A DNA stretch of 63,750 bases, counting the filler, from Octopus bimaculoides (taxonomy: Eukaryota): the NCBI RefSeq assembly GCF_001194135.2. It is 7 parts of 7 records of this genome, joined end to end, with 100 filler letters (N's around TTAATTAATTAA, not from the genome) between each part and the next. Parts side by side here need not be neighbours in the genome. Positions count along the whole stretch, not along the records: positions 19,380 to 39,535 come from NC_068995.1; 6 more parts are not named here. One strand, written 5' to 3'. Below, in pieces: positions 24,197-37,164 of the stretch. Numbering within the stretch: position 1 is the stretch's first letter; each line of letters starts with the position of its first letter. Under the pieces are notes generated by a model. That model did not search any database. It saw nothing but the letters and a program-made list of their open reading frames with translations, and was not told the origin of the DNA. Made by a program: the position numbers and the translations under genes.

Positions 24197-24663
24197 ACAC
24201 ATGATCAGCAGGCGACATAACCGCGAAGTGTTACCGATAAACAGAGGGTGACAAGGGAGGTAACTCGTGTAATCTGTCATCTATTTTAGTCTGTAAGTAA
24301 AACCAGTTTAATATAGTAATACTGGTTTTACTTGAAATGTAACGAACTCTTTTTAATTTATCGTGTTTCGATAAGAAAAAAATCCACATTTCGTCTCAAT
24401 AAACCACTATATGAAGTGATGACAACGTATCCTATGTTATAACTTTTAAAACTCTTAACAATGATTCAGCTGTTTTGGGTGTGCAATAAGCAAGGTAGGT
24501 ATACGGCGCGGGCTTAAGTTGAATGAGAGGAGTAAGGTGAAAGGATATAAATTTGGAAATTCGATGCTGTGGGCGGGACTTGGAGAAAGATGAGAATATA
24601 TTACAATGGAAGCTGCATACATTAACGTACGTACATATATAGATATATATACATATATACAAA

Positions 24664-24715
<52 letters not shown>

Positions 24716-25084
24716 CACCGATACACATACACATAAGTAACTTTTAAAACACCGAGGGAGGGAAAGAAAGGTGGGTGTGAGGGAGTTTAGCAAGTTGACA
24801 ATTTTCACAGACAGCGCTTCTGCTGTCCATCACAAAGAAACACTCACACATAGACACATATACGGACACGCGCATACATATATACATATATATACATACA
24901 CACATATGTATGTCTACTATGCACCATCTTAAAATCGTGATTACCTGTGTGTACGTTTGTGTGTATATGTGTGTGCGCGTGTGCCTGTGCGTGTGTGTGT
25001 GCGCGCGTATTTGTGTGTGTATGTGTTTGTGTCAAATCTATAAATGTCTGTCTCTCTATGTCGCTCGGGTCCTCTCTGTTGCTG

Positions 25085-25390
25085 TCATATATTTAAAATT
25101 TGGCATGCATATTATTAATACACCAAATATCACACTGAATCCGATTTTGTTAGATATTTATTCCAGAAAAATTGTAGAAAAATGTTACAGAGATTTAAAG
25201 TTTGATCAATTTTACCTAATCGAAACACAGGATTTGGAACCTGGTATTTTCTGCATAATAGCTATCATAAAATGAAAGCAAAATCATTATGAGGAGGAAT
25301 TTTTTATTAAACAAAACGAAAGCAAAGCATTACGACGACTAAAGTTGTGAGAACTTCTGAAGTTTTAATAAGTTTTAATGAATAAAATCA
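25085..25390 (+). repeat. Unclassified dispersed repeat, second copy about 45930-46160
   Basis: Shared blocks aaatttgg, cacactgaatc, ttacagagatttaaagtttgatca, acaggatttgg and gaagttttaataagtt in the same order. Confidence 0.6.
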
Positions 25391-25844
25391 TGAGACACGG
25401 TCGAACAGATATGTAAATAATTATAAAAAGAAAAAATCCTCAACGAAGTTGTTTGTGAAAAATTGCACAAATCTGTCGGGTAAGATATGGTCTGACATGG
25501 AATAAACAAAAAATTAAAATACGGCATTCTAGTGTAAAAATTTGCCGGCAACGACGGGCTACTCAGCTGGTTTATGATAAAACAGCAAAAGGCTCGTGAA
25601 TGGACAGAAATTTGGTCAAGTATTAAAATTTCACATTGCCTCAGCCTCCGAGTGCTCCTCCTACTCCTTTTTTTTAATATTTATTTCTATCTTTTTTGAG
25701 GAATTACGTCATTGTAAAGAGGACATAGAAGAGTAGCGAGGGTAGGAGGAACATGAGAAAAAGAAAGGGGAAATGGGAGGAGGAAACAAAGAGAGAAGGA
25801 GAGAATAAGAGACGGAAAGAGAGAGAGGGGGAGAGAGTAAGAGG

Positions 25845-25882
<38 letters not shown>

Positions 25883-26148
25883 GGGAGGGAGGGAGAGGAA
25901 TGGGCACAGAGAGAGAGGGGGTGAGGAGAAATGACGTTGTTTTCCTGGATAGAGGGTTAATGCACTTTTGAAGAAATGATAAATTGATTTCATTCGATTT
26001 CTTTCGATTATGATCTCTTTTTCTTTCTTTCACTCTCTCTGTATGTAAGCATGTATGTTTGTGCGTGCATATATGTGTGTGTGTGCGTGTGTGTAAGTGA
26101 GTGTGCGTATGTATGTATTTATGTATGTATGTATATATGTATGCACAC

Positions 26149-26192
<44 letters not shown>

Positions 26193-26485
26193 CTATGTAT
26201 ATATATAATAAGTTTCAGTTGACTAAGATCCTTAAAGTTGAGGCAGCTGGTTGGGTCGGAATAAAACACGCACACAACAAATATAGATGAATACCAACCT
26301 TGGTACAGGAGCACTGGCAGAACGATATACAGGTAATGTATGCCCTTAACTGGACCTAACTGTATTCATCTGAAGAAAATGTTATTTTCATCATGATATA
26401 ATGTATTGATTGATCAATTAAAAAATTCGTTAGAAACTGATATGATGGAATGACACCTGTCAATTAATTGTGTGTATATATATAC

Positions 26486-26516
<31 letters not shown>

Positions 26517-26537
26517 NNNNNNNNNNATATATATATT

Positions 26538-26571
<34 letters not shown>

Positions 26572-26947
26572 TACGCAAGAGCTCTCTCTCCATGTCACTC
26601 TATCTATACTACTATCTCTCTCCCTTAGTGTGCATATATGCGTCTATACACGCACTCATATACGTATAAATACACATACGCACATGCACATATACACACA
26701 TGCACATATACACACATGCACATGTAGAGACATACATATACATATATATGTATGAAATACCCGGCAACCCTTGTCGCCTACCATGAAGTGTAAGGAAGTC
26801 TTTTCAATTTTGGGGACTTCGATAAGAAAAGATCCACAACATTTCGTCTCAATAAACCTCTATTGTCCCTGAAAGATGTTTTTTTTTATATTTACTACAG
26901 GTTGCTTGAAGCTAACCTTCTTCCTACACCTCGATCGATCCTTAGAT

Positions 26948-26979
<32 letters not shown>

Positions 26980-27913
26980 NNNNNNNNNNNNNNNNNNNNN
27001 NNNNNNNNNNNNNNNNNNNNNNNNNNNNNNNNNNNNNNNNNNNNNNNNNNNNNNNNNNNNNNNNNNNNNNNNNNNNNNNNNNNNNNNNNNNNNNNNNNNN
27101 NNNNNNNNNNNNNNNNNNNNNNNNNNNNNNNNNNNNNNNNNNNNNNNNNNNNNNNNNNNNNNNNNNNNNNNNNNNNNNNNNNNNNNNNNNNNNNNNNNNN
27201 NNNNNNNNNNNNNNNNNNNNNNNNNNNNNNNNNNNNNNNNNNNNNNNNNNNNNNNNNNNNNNNNNNNNNNNNNNNNNNNNNNNNNNNNNNNNNNNNNNNN
27301 NNNNNNNNNNNNNNNNNNNNNNNNNNNNNNNNNNNNNNNNNNNNNNNNNNNNNNNNNNNNNNNNNNNNNNNNNNNNNNNNNNNNNNNNNNNNNNNNNNNN
27401 NNNNNNNNNNNNNNNNNNNNNNNNNNNNNNNNNNNNNNNNNNNNNNNNNNNNNNNNNNNNNNNNNNNNNNNNNNNNNNNNNNNNNNNNNNNNNNNNNNNN
27501 NNNNNNNNNNNNNNNNNNNNNNNNNNNNNNNNNNNNNNNNNNNNNNNNNNNNNNNNNNNNNNNNNNNNNNNNNNNNNNNNNNNNNNNNNNNNNNNNNNNN
27601 NNNNNNNNNNNNNNNNNNNNNNNNNNNNNNNNNNNNNNNNNNNNNNNNNNNNNNNNNNNNNNNNNNNNNNNNNNNNNNNNNNNNNNNNNNNNNNNNNNNN
27701 NNNNNNNNNNNNNNNNNNNNNNNNNNNNNNNNNNNNNNNNNNNNNNNNNNNNNNNNNNNNNNATAACCGCATACGCATATACGCACATACACATACTGAC
27801 ACGTACATACACACATAGGTATCACATATCAAATATCAAATATGTGTACACACGTGCACATATACATATATATACAAATGTGTATGTGTGTGTGTGTGTA
27901 TGTGTGTGGGTGT

Positions 27914-27951
<38 letters not shown>

Positions 27952-27954
27952 ACG

Positions 27955-28165
27955 TGTGTTTATACTTGTGTTTCTTCCCTACCATCGACTGACAACTGGT
28001 GTTGCTTTGTCCACGTCCCGGCAACTTAGCGGTTCGGCAAAATAAACTAATGCAATAATTACCAGGCTTCATAAAAAAATAAACACTGGAGTCGATTCGG
28101 TCAGCTATAACTCTTCAAGGAGATACTCCAGCATGGCCGCTGTTCATTGACTGAAACAAGGAAGA
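27955..28165 (+). mobile_element. SINE family A, 3' half
   Basis: acttagcggttcggcaaaa ... ctccagcatggccgc ... gactgaaacaag. Confidence 0.75.
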
Positions 28166-28476
28166 AGAAAAAGATTCTAGTCACACTCTTGTAGCTGAGT
28201 ATTCCGTATACACAAGTCCCCTTAATGTATTTCTAAGAATCAGTGTCACACAGTGTGTGACAAGGCTATGCCTTCATATAACAAACCCTCTAACAGGCTT
28301 CTAGTTTCCTTGTATGAGGTTTTGTTCACTATGCTTGCATCGAACAGTGGCTATGGTGAAAGTGTGAAGGCCAAGATAGCACACAGCGGGCGCGACCCAT
28401 GGACCTTGTGATTCAGAAGTAAACTACTTATCCATGTAGTTATCTTGCAAAGGCATGCTTAAACGCCTTTAAGTAT

Positions 28477-28536
<60 letters not shown>

Positions 28537-28539
28537 AAA

Positions 28540-28705
28540 AGCTGTCTGGATCGATGATAAGCCTCTGCCTTTTTGTTTTCGTTTAAGGTAATGACGGGCT
28601 AAATTGCTGTTGATGTGACAATTATTTGTGCTAGTCATCATCTTCTGGATTTTCACGTCAATTGCTCGGATCCCATTAAGCGTCCAATCAAGTAGCCCAA
28701 ATGTT
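28540..28705 (-). pseudogene. R4/Dong-clade RT thumb fragment
   Basis: FGLLDWTLNGIRAIDVKIQKMMT...NLARHYLKRKQKGRGLSSIQ resembles the RLYLPRKxGGRGL motif. Confidence 0.75.
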
Positions 28706-28842
28706 TTATGAGTACTGGTTCTGGAAACACATTGTGGATCACTGTTTTATGGATCGCAGAGAGTTCCGAGGCCCATATTTTCCTTATCCGGCTGTAATAT
28801 TCATTAGTGACAGGTGCCCTGTTACGAATACCATTGTAAGAT

Positions 28843-29670
28843 ATGTATGTATGTATGTATGTATGTATGCAGTATGTCTTCTCCTTTTTTTAAATTTAAA
28901 GTAAAGTTTGACCGGCCACCGACTTGGCAGCAAAGTTGTGAAGGAAACATCATGGTTTAACTGTCATCCTTTATATCTTAAGAAGGTCTTGCAGATTCTT
29001 AGAGTCTCAGATATCGTGATCATTTGTAGCTTATGAATGAAGGATTTGCGTTCTCTCTCCAAGATTCCAAGTTCAGCCAAACTTTGCTCCAAACGGGTTG
29101 GTATTATCCTGTTGCTCCAATAATAATGGGTATGAAGTTGAAAGTGTATTTTGGGTACTGCATCTGCAAACTTTTTATCAACGGTCTATAGTTGTCCTCT
29201 TTCTCTTATATTTTTTAATCACATTGGTGTCCAGAGGGCAAGTGATTTCCACAACAGAGCATGTATTTTTTTTGTTGTCCTACACAACAGTATCTGACTG
29301 GTTGTGTTTTAACTTGGTGGCTGTTTTAATTTTCAAGTTCCACTAGTATTCTTTTGACTCATCGGTCCCAATATGTTCAACTTCTTTAGCAGATATTCTC
29401 TTTTTTGTTATCTTGTTCCAGACCATTCTGGCCACCGTATCATGCCTCATGAGGAGATGATATCTGGAAGACGTTGTCTCACAGTTGGCAATAATATGGT
29501 TGATCTCTTTGACCTTGGTCTTACACAGCCTACGTTTGTTGTCTGTCAACGTTTTCTACCGCTTTTTGCGTTGTAGGTACTTGGTAGGTATCTCTTGTTC
29601 TTGGATTACATGGATGTAGCCTTCAAAGTGGGACGTCATAAACTTGTCGGTACTCTATGCCAAGCTGTTG
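28843..29670 (-). mobile_element. R4/Dong-clade LINE 3' end (CCHC knuckle plus restriction-like endonuclease) ending in (CATA)n
   Basis: MTSHFEGYIHVIQEQEIPTKYL, decayed CxxC...NHIIANC...RHDTVARMVW, WNLKIKTATKLKHNQSDTVV...VVEITCPLD, FIPIIIGA, RICKTFLRYKG* (stop 28964), about 95-nt UTR, (CATA)n at 28843-28870. Confidence 0.85.
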
Positions 29671-29719
29671 ACATGATCGATCCCTTCTATTGATTTCGTT
29701 TTACGTACCAAGTACCCGT

Positions 29720-29806
29720 GTACTTTCTTCTCAATAAACTGGTTCCGGGTCCGGTCCCACTGCCTTGTGAGTGGATTTTGTAGAGGCATACTGAAAGAAG
29801 CCCGTC

Positions 29807-29840
<34 letters not shown>

Positions 29841-29865
29841 NNNNNNNNNNACACACACACACACA

Positions 29866-29904
<39 letters not shown>

Positions 29905-30001
29905 GCGCGCATGCACACACACAGATATATATATGCGCGCGCGCGTATTTGTATCACCATCACTTGACAATTGATGTTGGTGTGTTTACGTCCCCGAAAC
30001 T
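29720..30001 (+). mobile_element. SINE family A, internally deleted and 3' truncated
   Basis: ggttccgggtccggtcccactg|ccttgtgagtggattttgtag ... gaagcccgtcgta, microsatellite, ttgacaattgatgttggtgtgtttacgtcccc. Confidence 0.8.
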
Positions 30002-31551
30002 GTCATTGGGAAAGTTATATTCCAAGATAAGTCCATGCTGTCCATGAAGATGATCCCGGCCGAGGAGCGAATTTTTTGCGAGTGCAATTTGGCAAGATGT
30101 ATGAAAGACGCACGCTTTCCAACAAACTTTGTTTGGAATAATATGACTACCACCAAAATTGCATCTACTGGGGACCTGAGTATTTGCATATTACTGAGGT
30201 ATATCTTCCTTAATTTACCTGGAGTTACAGTATGGTCTCAAACATACGTATACCGAGTTCTACACCAGGTTATTAGTCTCGCAATGCCAAGGCGAAATGT
30301 ATGTGCGGGCTTCCGTATTTTCTTCCAGTTGGTTTCTGGGGATGTAGCTGTCGAAATCATGCATTTATTGGCTTCCATAGTGAGCGAATTCTTTGTGCGT
30401 CAGCAGTGTTGCATTGTTGTAAGTGCATCGTGGATTGCATCTCAGTATAGTGCTTTCTGTTACGCGTACTGTAACAAGTGGAACGAGGGTGCATCGTGGT
30501 GGTGGCAAAGGTTGTCATTCTTTCCCTCTGGTTTAGCGACTGTTGGTATGGCGACTGTAGTTCTTTAGTTCGGAGTCAGAAAAATGCAGCGGCATGTTGC
30601 ATTAGAAGGAAGTAGTAATTGCTTTTAGACGGGGCCACCAATGTAATCGATGGATGTGACAACTGTTCATGTGAAGGTGAAGGCTGCAATTCTTTAACTC
30701 GGGTTCACCAATGTAATGGCAAAGATTTATTTGCAACGGCATGTTATAAGATGTGAAAGATGAAAGAAGAACAGCAATAGAAGTTTTAAAGAAATATTTA
30801 TTTACCGTTACTTTGTATAATGTCTTGCCTCGACAGGCAGGTGTGTGTATCATATAAAAACAATAGAGTTATCTTTTCTTGTCTGTTGTTGCTATTTATG
30901 TTTGGTCAACTGCTAGCTGCCTAACTCGGAATTAGAGGAAGATAGAGTGAATGTTAAATGTAGGAAGTCGATAAAATGAAACCTTCATGGTGCCCTGACA
31001 TTTAAACAGCTGTGGTGTTGTGATGAGATACTGTATTCTAGTTGATATTCTCACTGTAAGCCTCTCTCAGTTGAATTATCACACTAAGTGGATTCTGCCT
31101 GTGGTCGCCTCTACGTCATCTCCTTATTGCCAACTAACTTTTTCCTACGGTGGTTTTAATATTTATAATTTTCCAAACTAGTTAGAAGGAGAGACATATT
31201 GTTGAGAACAATTGATTTCGTTGGCGATCTGTTATCTCTATTCAAGCTCTTGGTGGCCTAGAAGAGGTTAGAAGGGTTGAGTGGCAAAGACATTATTCTG
31301 CTTAGCGATGGCATCTGGCAAATGTAACTGCTGTCACTTACAGAAAAACTATTGTTCTACCGTGAGAAAAGTGCTGTTGAACTGTTAAATGAAATTTGGC
31401 TATCGAGGATCGAATTCACGCCATGCCTGCATGAACCACTACATTATATATATATATATATATATATATAACATAAATAATATATAATTATATGCATATA
31501 TCCATACATGTATGTACATACCTACATCTATATGTATGCATACATGCATAT

Positions 31552-31736
31552 ATGGGTACAGGACATCACAAAAGAACGTTAAACACAATGAGAAACGAAA
31601 CATAAAGACAAAGACAGAAAACGAACTTTTTTTCGAACAACGAAAGAAACAAACAGAGAAACGAGACATGCAGCATAAAGAATATTTCCCTTCTTCAGTT
31701 GTCCCTGTTCCATCTACTCCGCTTTTCGAAGGCAAG
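31552..31736 (+). repeat. Dispersed repeat end, inverted copy at 44760-44890
   Basis: atgggtacaggacatca ... cataaagaa ... cccttcttcagttgtc matches the reverse complement of 44760-44890; possibly a PLE terminus. Confidence 0.6.
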
Positions 31737-32071
31737 NNNNNNNNNNNNNNNNNNNNNNNNNNNNNNNNNNNNNNNNNNNNNNNNNNNNNNNNNNNNNNNN
31801 NNNNNNNNNNNNNNNNNNNNNNNNNNNNNNNNNNNNNNNNNNNNNNNNNNNNNNNNNNNNNNNNNNNNNNNNNNNNNNNNNNNNNNNNNNNNNNNNNNNN
31901 NNNNNNNNNNNNNNNNNNNNNNNNNNNNNNNNNNNNNNNNNNNNNNNNNNNNNNNNNNNNNNNNNNNNNNNNNNNNNNNNNNNNNNNNNNNNNNNNNNNN
32001 NNNNNNNNNNNNNNNNNNNNNNNNNNNNNNNNNNNNNNNNNNNNNNNNNNNNNNNNNNNNNNNNNNNNNNN

Positions 32072-32121
<50 letters not shown>

Positions 32122-32729
32122 TAATCAGAAAATTAGTTTTTAACCTAGTTATTGATTTAATATCCAGGTTTAGTTTATAAGTCTATAAATGTATATGTGT
32201 ATGTGTATGCACGTGTGTGTGTGTGTGCATATGTCAGTGAGTGAGAGAGAAAGCTAGAGAGCGAATGTGTCTACGTGCGTGTGGGTGCACGCGCGCTTGT
32301 GTTAATATGTGAATCTGAATAAGTTGTGGTTGGGTCTCTGTGTGCACGCATACTGTGTATGCGTTAGAAGAAAATTCAATTATGTAGCGTTTCATTCACA
32401 CATTGTCAAGTACCACAAACATTTTAATGGAATCGCACACGTACTCATATGAACATTTTAATATAAACACACACACACACACACACATACGCAAACACGC
32501 ACAACCGCCCTCCGCTTACATTTCTCACGCATACACACTCACCAACACACACTCAGTAACACAAACACATCATCACGCACACTCACCAATTTACATATAC
32601 TCATAAACGCGCGTACGCACACACGCGCGCGCGCGTGCACCTCTATATTACTTCTACAACACTTGTTTCCTTTGTTCGGCCATCTTTGTCTCTTTTATTT
32701 CTCACATCATCTCTTCTAACTTGATTAAA

Positions 32730-33045
32730 AGACTACTACTACTACTACTAATACTACTACTACTACTCTATTTCCAGTACCATCAGCTCAATCATCAGCA
32801 CAATCACCAACATTTCCATTACCACCACCAGCACTACCACAACCACCATCACCACCAGAACCACCACCACTACCACTACCACCGCCACCATTTACCCTTG
32901 CTACTATTTCTACCATTATCACCGATGGTACCGTTGCTACCATGGCCATCACTACTATTCAGTGCCCACCAGCACCACTACCATCACCAACACCACTACC
33001 ACCACCAACACCACCACCACCACCGCCACCACCACCACCACCACC
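32730..33045. repeat. CTA/CAC/CAT trinucleotide mosaic
   Basis: Visible directly; source of the His-, Pro- and Thr-rich ORFs. Confidence 0.95.
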
Positions 33046-33852
33046 NNNNNNNNNNNNNNNNNNNNNNNNNNNNNNNNNNNNNNNNNNNNNNNNNNNNNNN
33101 NNNNNNNNNNNNNNNNNNNNNNNNNNNNNNNNNNNNNNNNNNNNNNNNNNNNNNNNNNNNNNNNNNNNNNNNNNNNNNNNNNNNNNNNNNNNNNNNNNNN
33201 NNNNNNNNNNNNNNNNNNNNNNNNNNNNNNNNNNNNNNNNNNNNNNNNNNNNNNNNNNNNNNNNNNNNNNNNNNNNNNNNNNNNNNNNNNNNNNNNNNNN
33301 NNNNNNNNNNNNNNNNNNNNNNNNNNNNNNNNNNNNNNNNNNNNNNNNNNNNNNNNNNNNNNNNNNNNNNNNNNNNNNNNNNNNNNNNNNNNNNNNNNNN
33401 NNNNNNNNNNNNNNNNNNNNNNNNNNNNNNNNNNNNNNNNNNNNNNNNNNNNNNNNNNNNNNNNNNNNNNNNNNNNNNNNNNNNNNNNNNNNNNNNNNNN
33501 NNNNNNNNNNNNNNNNNNNNNNNNNNNNNNNNNNNNNNNNNNNNNNNNNNNNNNNNNNNNNNNNNNNNNNNNNNNNNNNNNNNNNNNNNNNNNNNNNNNN
33601 NNNNNNNNNNNNNNNNNNNNNNNNNNNNNNNNNNNNNNNNNNNNNNNNNNNNNNNNNNNNNNNNNNNNNNNNNNNNNNNNNNNNNNNNNNNNNNNNNNNN
33701 NNNNNNNNNNNNNNNNNNNNNNNNNNNNNNNNNNNNNNNNNNNNNNNNNNNNNNNNNNNNNNNNNNNNNNNNNNNNNNNNNNNNNNNNNNNNNNNNNNNN
33801 NNNNNNTATGTATGTATGTATGTATGTATGTATGTATGTATGTATGTTTGTA

Positions 33853-34252
33853 CAGTACCAGACAAAAGTTTTCGGCCACTTTAAAGTCTTGAAAATTTCT
33901 ACTAATTGCCAACTTAAGTGGATGTTTTGCATTGTGCTTTTTAGAGGTGAAACATTGGCCGTGCTTGAGTTATTTCCATACCCAATCAATATATTTTGTA
34001 GTAGGGGTTCTGAATGAGAGGGGAAGATGCGAGACGACCACCAAAAATGGCCGTGCAAAAGTTTTTGGTCACCTCACATAGACCAATCAAGATACAGTGT
34101 TTTAAAACAGAAAAACGTCTATAATGAAAATTTATTACATAATGTTCATTTCAAGAAGTTACTGTACATTGTTAATATTTCGTGTGGCTTCCCTTAGCTT
34201 GAATAATTGCTTCATTGCGCCTGGGAAGAGATGCGTACAAGTCCTTCACCAT
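33853..34252 (-). mobile_element. Tc1-like (DD34E) 3' end with IR/DR-type terminus
   Basis: MVKDLYASLPRRNEAIIQAKGSHTKY* (stop 34172); terminal TA+cagtaccagacaaaagttttcggccac at 33851-33879; inner repeat caaaagtttttggtcac about 200 bp inside (16/18 core match). Confidence 0.75.
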
Positions 34253-34641
34253 CTTGGAAGGATCATTGTCAATCATGGTCTGAATCTCACCAACAAATTC
34301 AGGAATTCTTTTCTTACCAGCACGATCGGAGTGAGTTTTCCTAGCTGCTGTACCTTCGTAATCACCATTAGACTCGTCCAACTCCTTCCGAATCTTCTGC
34401 ACTATCCTCAGATTGACACCCAAACACTCTGAAATGTTCGTATTGGAACTTCAGGCGCGAATGCCAAGCAGTACAGTATGTCGTTTCCAAATTTCTGGCA
34501 GAGTGAATTGCGTCAAAGTGCTATTTTTCTTATACACGGTGCCCAACTGACCCTACTATACTGTGTAATCGACAAAATCAAGAACAAGCACGTGCGCGAA
34601 ATTAAAACAATAAAATGGCTACAATTTACCATCACACCCTG
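34253..34641 (-). mobile_element. maT/DD37D-like transposon 5' end
   Basis: TA+cagggtgtgatggtaaattgtagccatttt terminus; N-terminal HTH-like EIWKRHTVLLGIRA*SSNTNISECLGVNLRIVQKIRKEL...RIPEFVGEIQTMIDNDPSK. Confidence 0.65.
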
Positions 34642-34669
34642 TATGTATGCATATACATACATACATACA

Positions 34670-35165
34670 TAGGACTATTGTAGAAATATACTTGCCCATG
34701 ATGCCACGCAGCGGGACTGAACTCGGAACCATGTGGTTTGGAAACAATCGTCTTACCACACATCCTCGCCTGTGTCCATGCATTTCTCACTCAGACATCG
34801 ACATATACATTACCACCAATTCAACCTTAGTAGTTACTTTTGTAAGCCTGGCACATGTTCTACATCCGTTTCCTTTGCCGAACCGCTAAGTTACGGGGAC
34901 GTAAACACACCAACACCGGTTGTCAAGCGGTGGTGTGAGACAAACGCAGAGACAAAGACACGGACACACCCACACACACACACACACACACACACTCACA
35001 TAACAAACGTCTTTCAGTTTCCGTGTACCAAATCTACTCACAAGGCTTTCGTCGGCCCGAGGCTATAGCAGAAGAGACTTGCCCTCGGTGTCACGCAGTG
35101 GGACGGAACCCGGAACCATGTGGTTGAGAAACAAAGTTCTTACCACGCAGCCACGCTTGCGCCTG
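34670..35165 (-). mobile_element. SINE family A: isolated head (34670-34770) and near full copy (34830-35165)
   Basis: Reverse complement of family A including the internal (CA)n. Confidence 0.85.
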
Positions 35166-35920
35166 TTGTCTGTTATAATTGTTGTTGTTGTTGTCGTTGT
35201 TGTTGTTCCTGTTTTATATCCGTTTAACCATGTGAACATGGGTGGTGATGGTGCTGGTGGGGTCTTCGTTGGAATTAACAGCTCAGCCGTAAAGTGGGAC
35301 TGAAACAGATGATAGTCAGTCATGCATTTACAACACAATGGCAAGAGCAGCAGCACCAGTGACTTGAACTTTTGACCATGTGATCAGCATCCAAACACAG
35401 TGGCTATTTTACTGTATTTGGCTTCGTGTCCCAAAGGAAATTAATACTGGTGCTCTTCGAACGGAATGGCAAAATGAGTACATACACAAATAAATAAATA
35501 AATTGTTTTAAAGTTGAATATATGAAGAACTATTGTTTGCCATGTCTTTTTTAGTAATCATAAATCATGTATAACGAAATTATAACGTTTTGCAGTCATT
35601 CAAGCAATAATAATACGGATTTTCTAAAATTTTAAATTACATTTTAAGATCTACGACATCTATATGTCTCTTGTAGCTCACCAATTTGAGAATTACTGCC
35701 TTAACCTGATGGCAATGAAACAGTGGATCCATTATAGGGCTAAAGAGACAGTCACATTTTAACATGGCGTGTTCGTAAATACCAGGTGAGCAAGACATCC
35801 TGCTTTCATCATAAAATTATTTTGTATCTTTAAAAGGTTATTCGCTGCTTCTCTCAGAAATTACATGACAATAATGGAAATATCTCAAGAAATATAAATT
35901 AATATGCAAAATATGCGCCA

Positions 35921-36140
35921 TAATAATGGTTTCAAATTTTGACACAAAGCCAGCGAGTTCTGGGGAGGGAAAAGTCAATTACATCGACACCAATATTCAA
36001 CTGGTACTTATTTTATCGACCCCGAAAGGATGAAAGGCAAAGATACCTCGGTGGAATTTGAACATAGAACGTAAAAACAGACGAAATACCGCTAAACATT
36101 TCACTCGGCTTGCTAACGATTCTGCCAGTTCGCCGCCTTA
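35921..36140 (-). mobile_element. SINE family C
   Basis: Minus strand aaggcggcgaactggcagaatcgttagca ... ttcaaattccaccgagg ... tttcatcctttcggggtcgataaaataagtaccag. Confidence 0.87.
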
Positions 36141-37164
36141 GTATGCACCGTAATAACAGTTTCCAACAACAGTTTAAGGCCTGTAATATGTTTCTTTCCT
36201 CCCCTTCTCTTCTATTCTCTAGTTCTTTGTATGAAAGCAGACCCACAAGATACTCTTCCTATCACAGCTATAACAACAGGATGTGTGGCCTGCACAGTCA
36301 GCCTTAAACTCTTCGTTTCTGCGTAGCTATAGAAAATCTCTATAATCCTGAAGCCTCATAAAGTTGCTCTTTCAACCACACGTCGTTCGTTGCTATTTCC
36401 GTACTCACAATCCACTGAGATTACACTAAAAAAGGGTGGGGAAATGAACCAGAAATCAACAACGCCCCTAAATGTCACTTTATGCACTGCTGTGCTGCCC
36501 CGCTAAACTGCTGCACAAGCGGTTAAGTGTGAATCAGCCTGCTTATAGGTTTCTTCTTCTGAACTGAAAAACAAACAGCTTCTACCTTATATATTACCTC
36601 ATTCAATGGGCTCGGTTTCACGTCAATGAATGCTTGTTTTAATTGTCTTGTAAATTATCCCCGACCCTCGTTTTCGTGTATCAAAAGTACTTTAATGCTT
36701 TCCTTACCCACGGATGGATAAAGTGTTTGGATAAGAAAGAGAGTTTCGTTACAAACCCTTCCGCATATTTTTGCTATGACAGGGCTAAATCTTAAATCAC
36801 TTTAATTGCTGAAGCGCCTCCAACTGCGTGTTTGCTGCTAATATTGTCGCTACGTTACCTCTGCCACCGATGCTGCTTGTGGTTGTTGCTGTTTACATTT
36901 AGGGTTCGTGTATTGAAGTCAATATCAACACCATTATTTGCCAGAATGTTTTGTTTTTTTTTTTACTCTTGTGTGCTTTGTCAGTTTGATATTGCTAACT
37001 ATTTTCTGTTTGGTTGTTTTCACGTTGAAAATTTGTTAAATTTCACGGGTTTCTAATTGGTGAGTGTGTTGTACTTCTTTTTTATATTATGGCAGACATC
37101 ATTATGGCGGCTACTCCAATACAAGAATCTATGTTGAATTGAGAATAAGCGAAATTGTGGCAAT

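Noticed and set aside
32721-33045. His-, Pro- and Thr-rich ORFs
   Set aside because: All three frames are open because of CAC/CAT/CTA repeats; this is a microsatellite.
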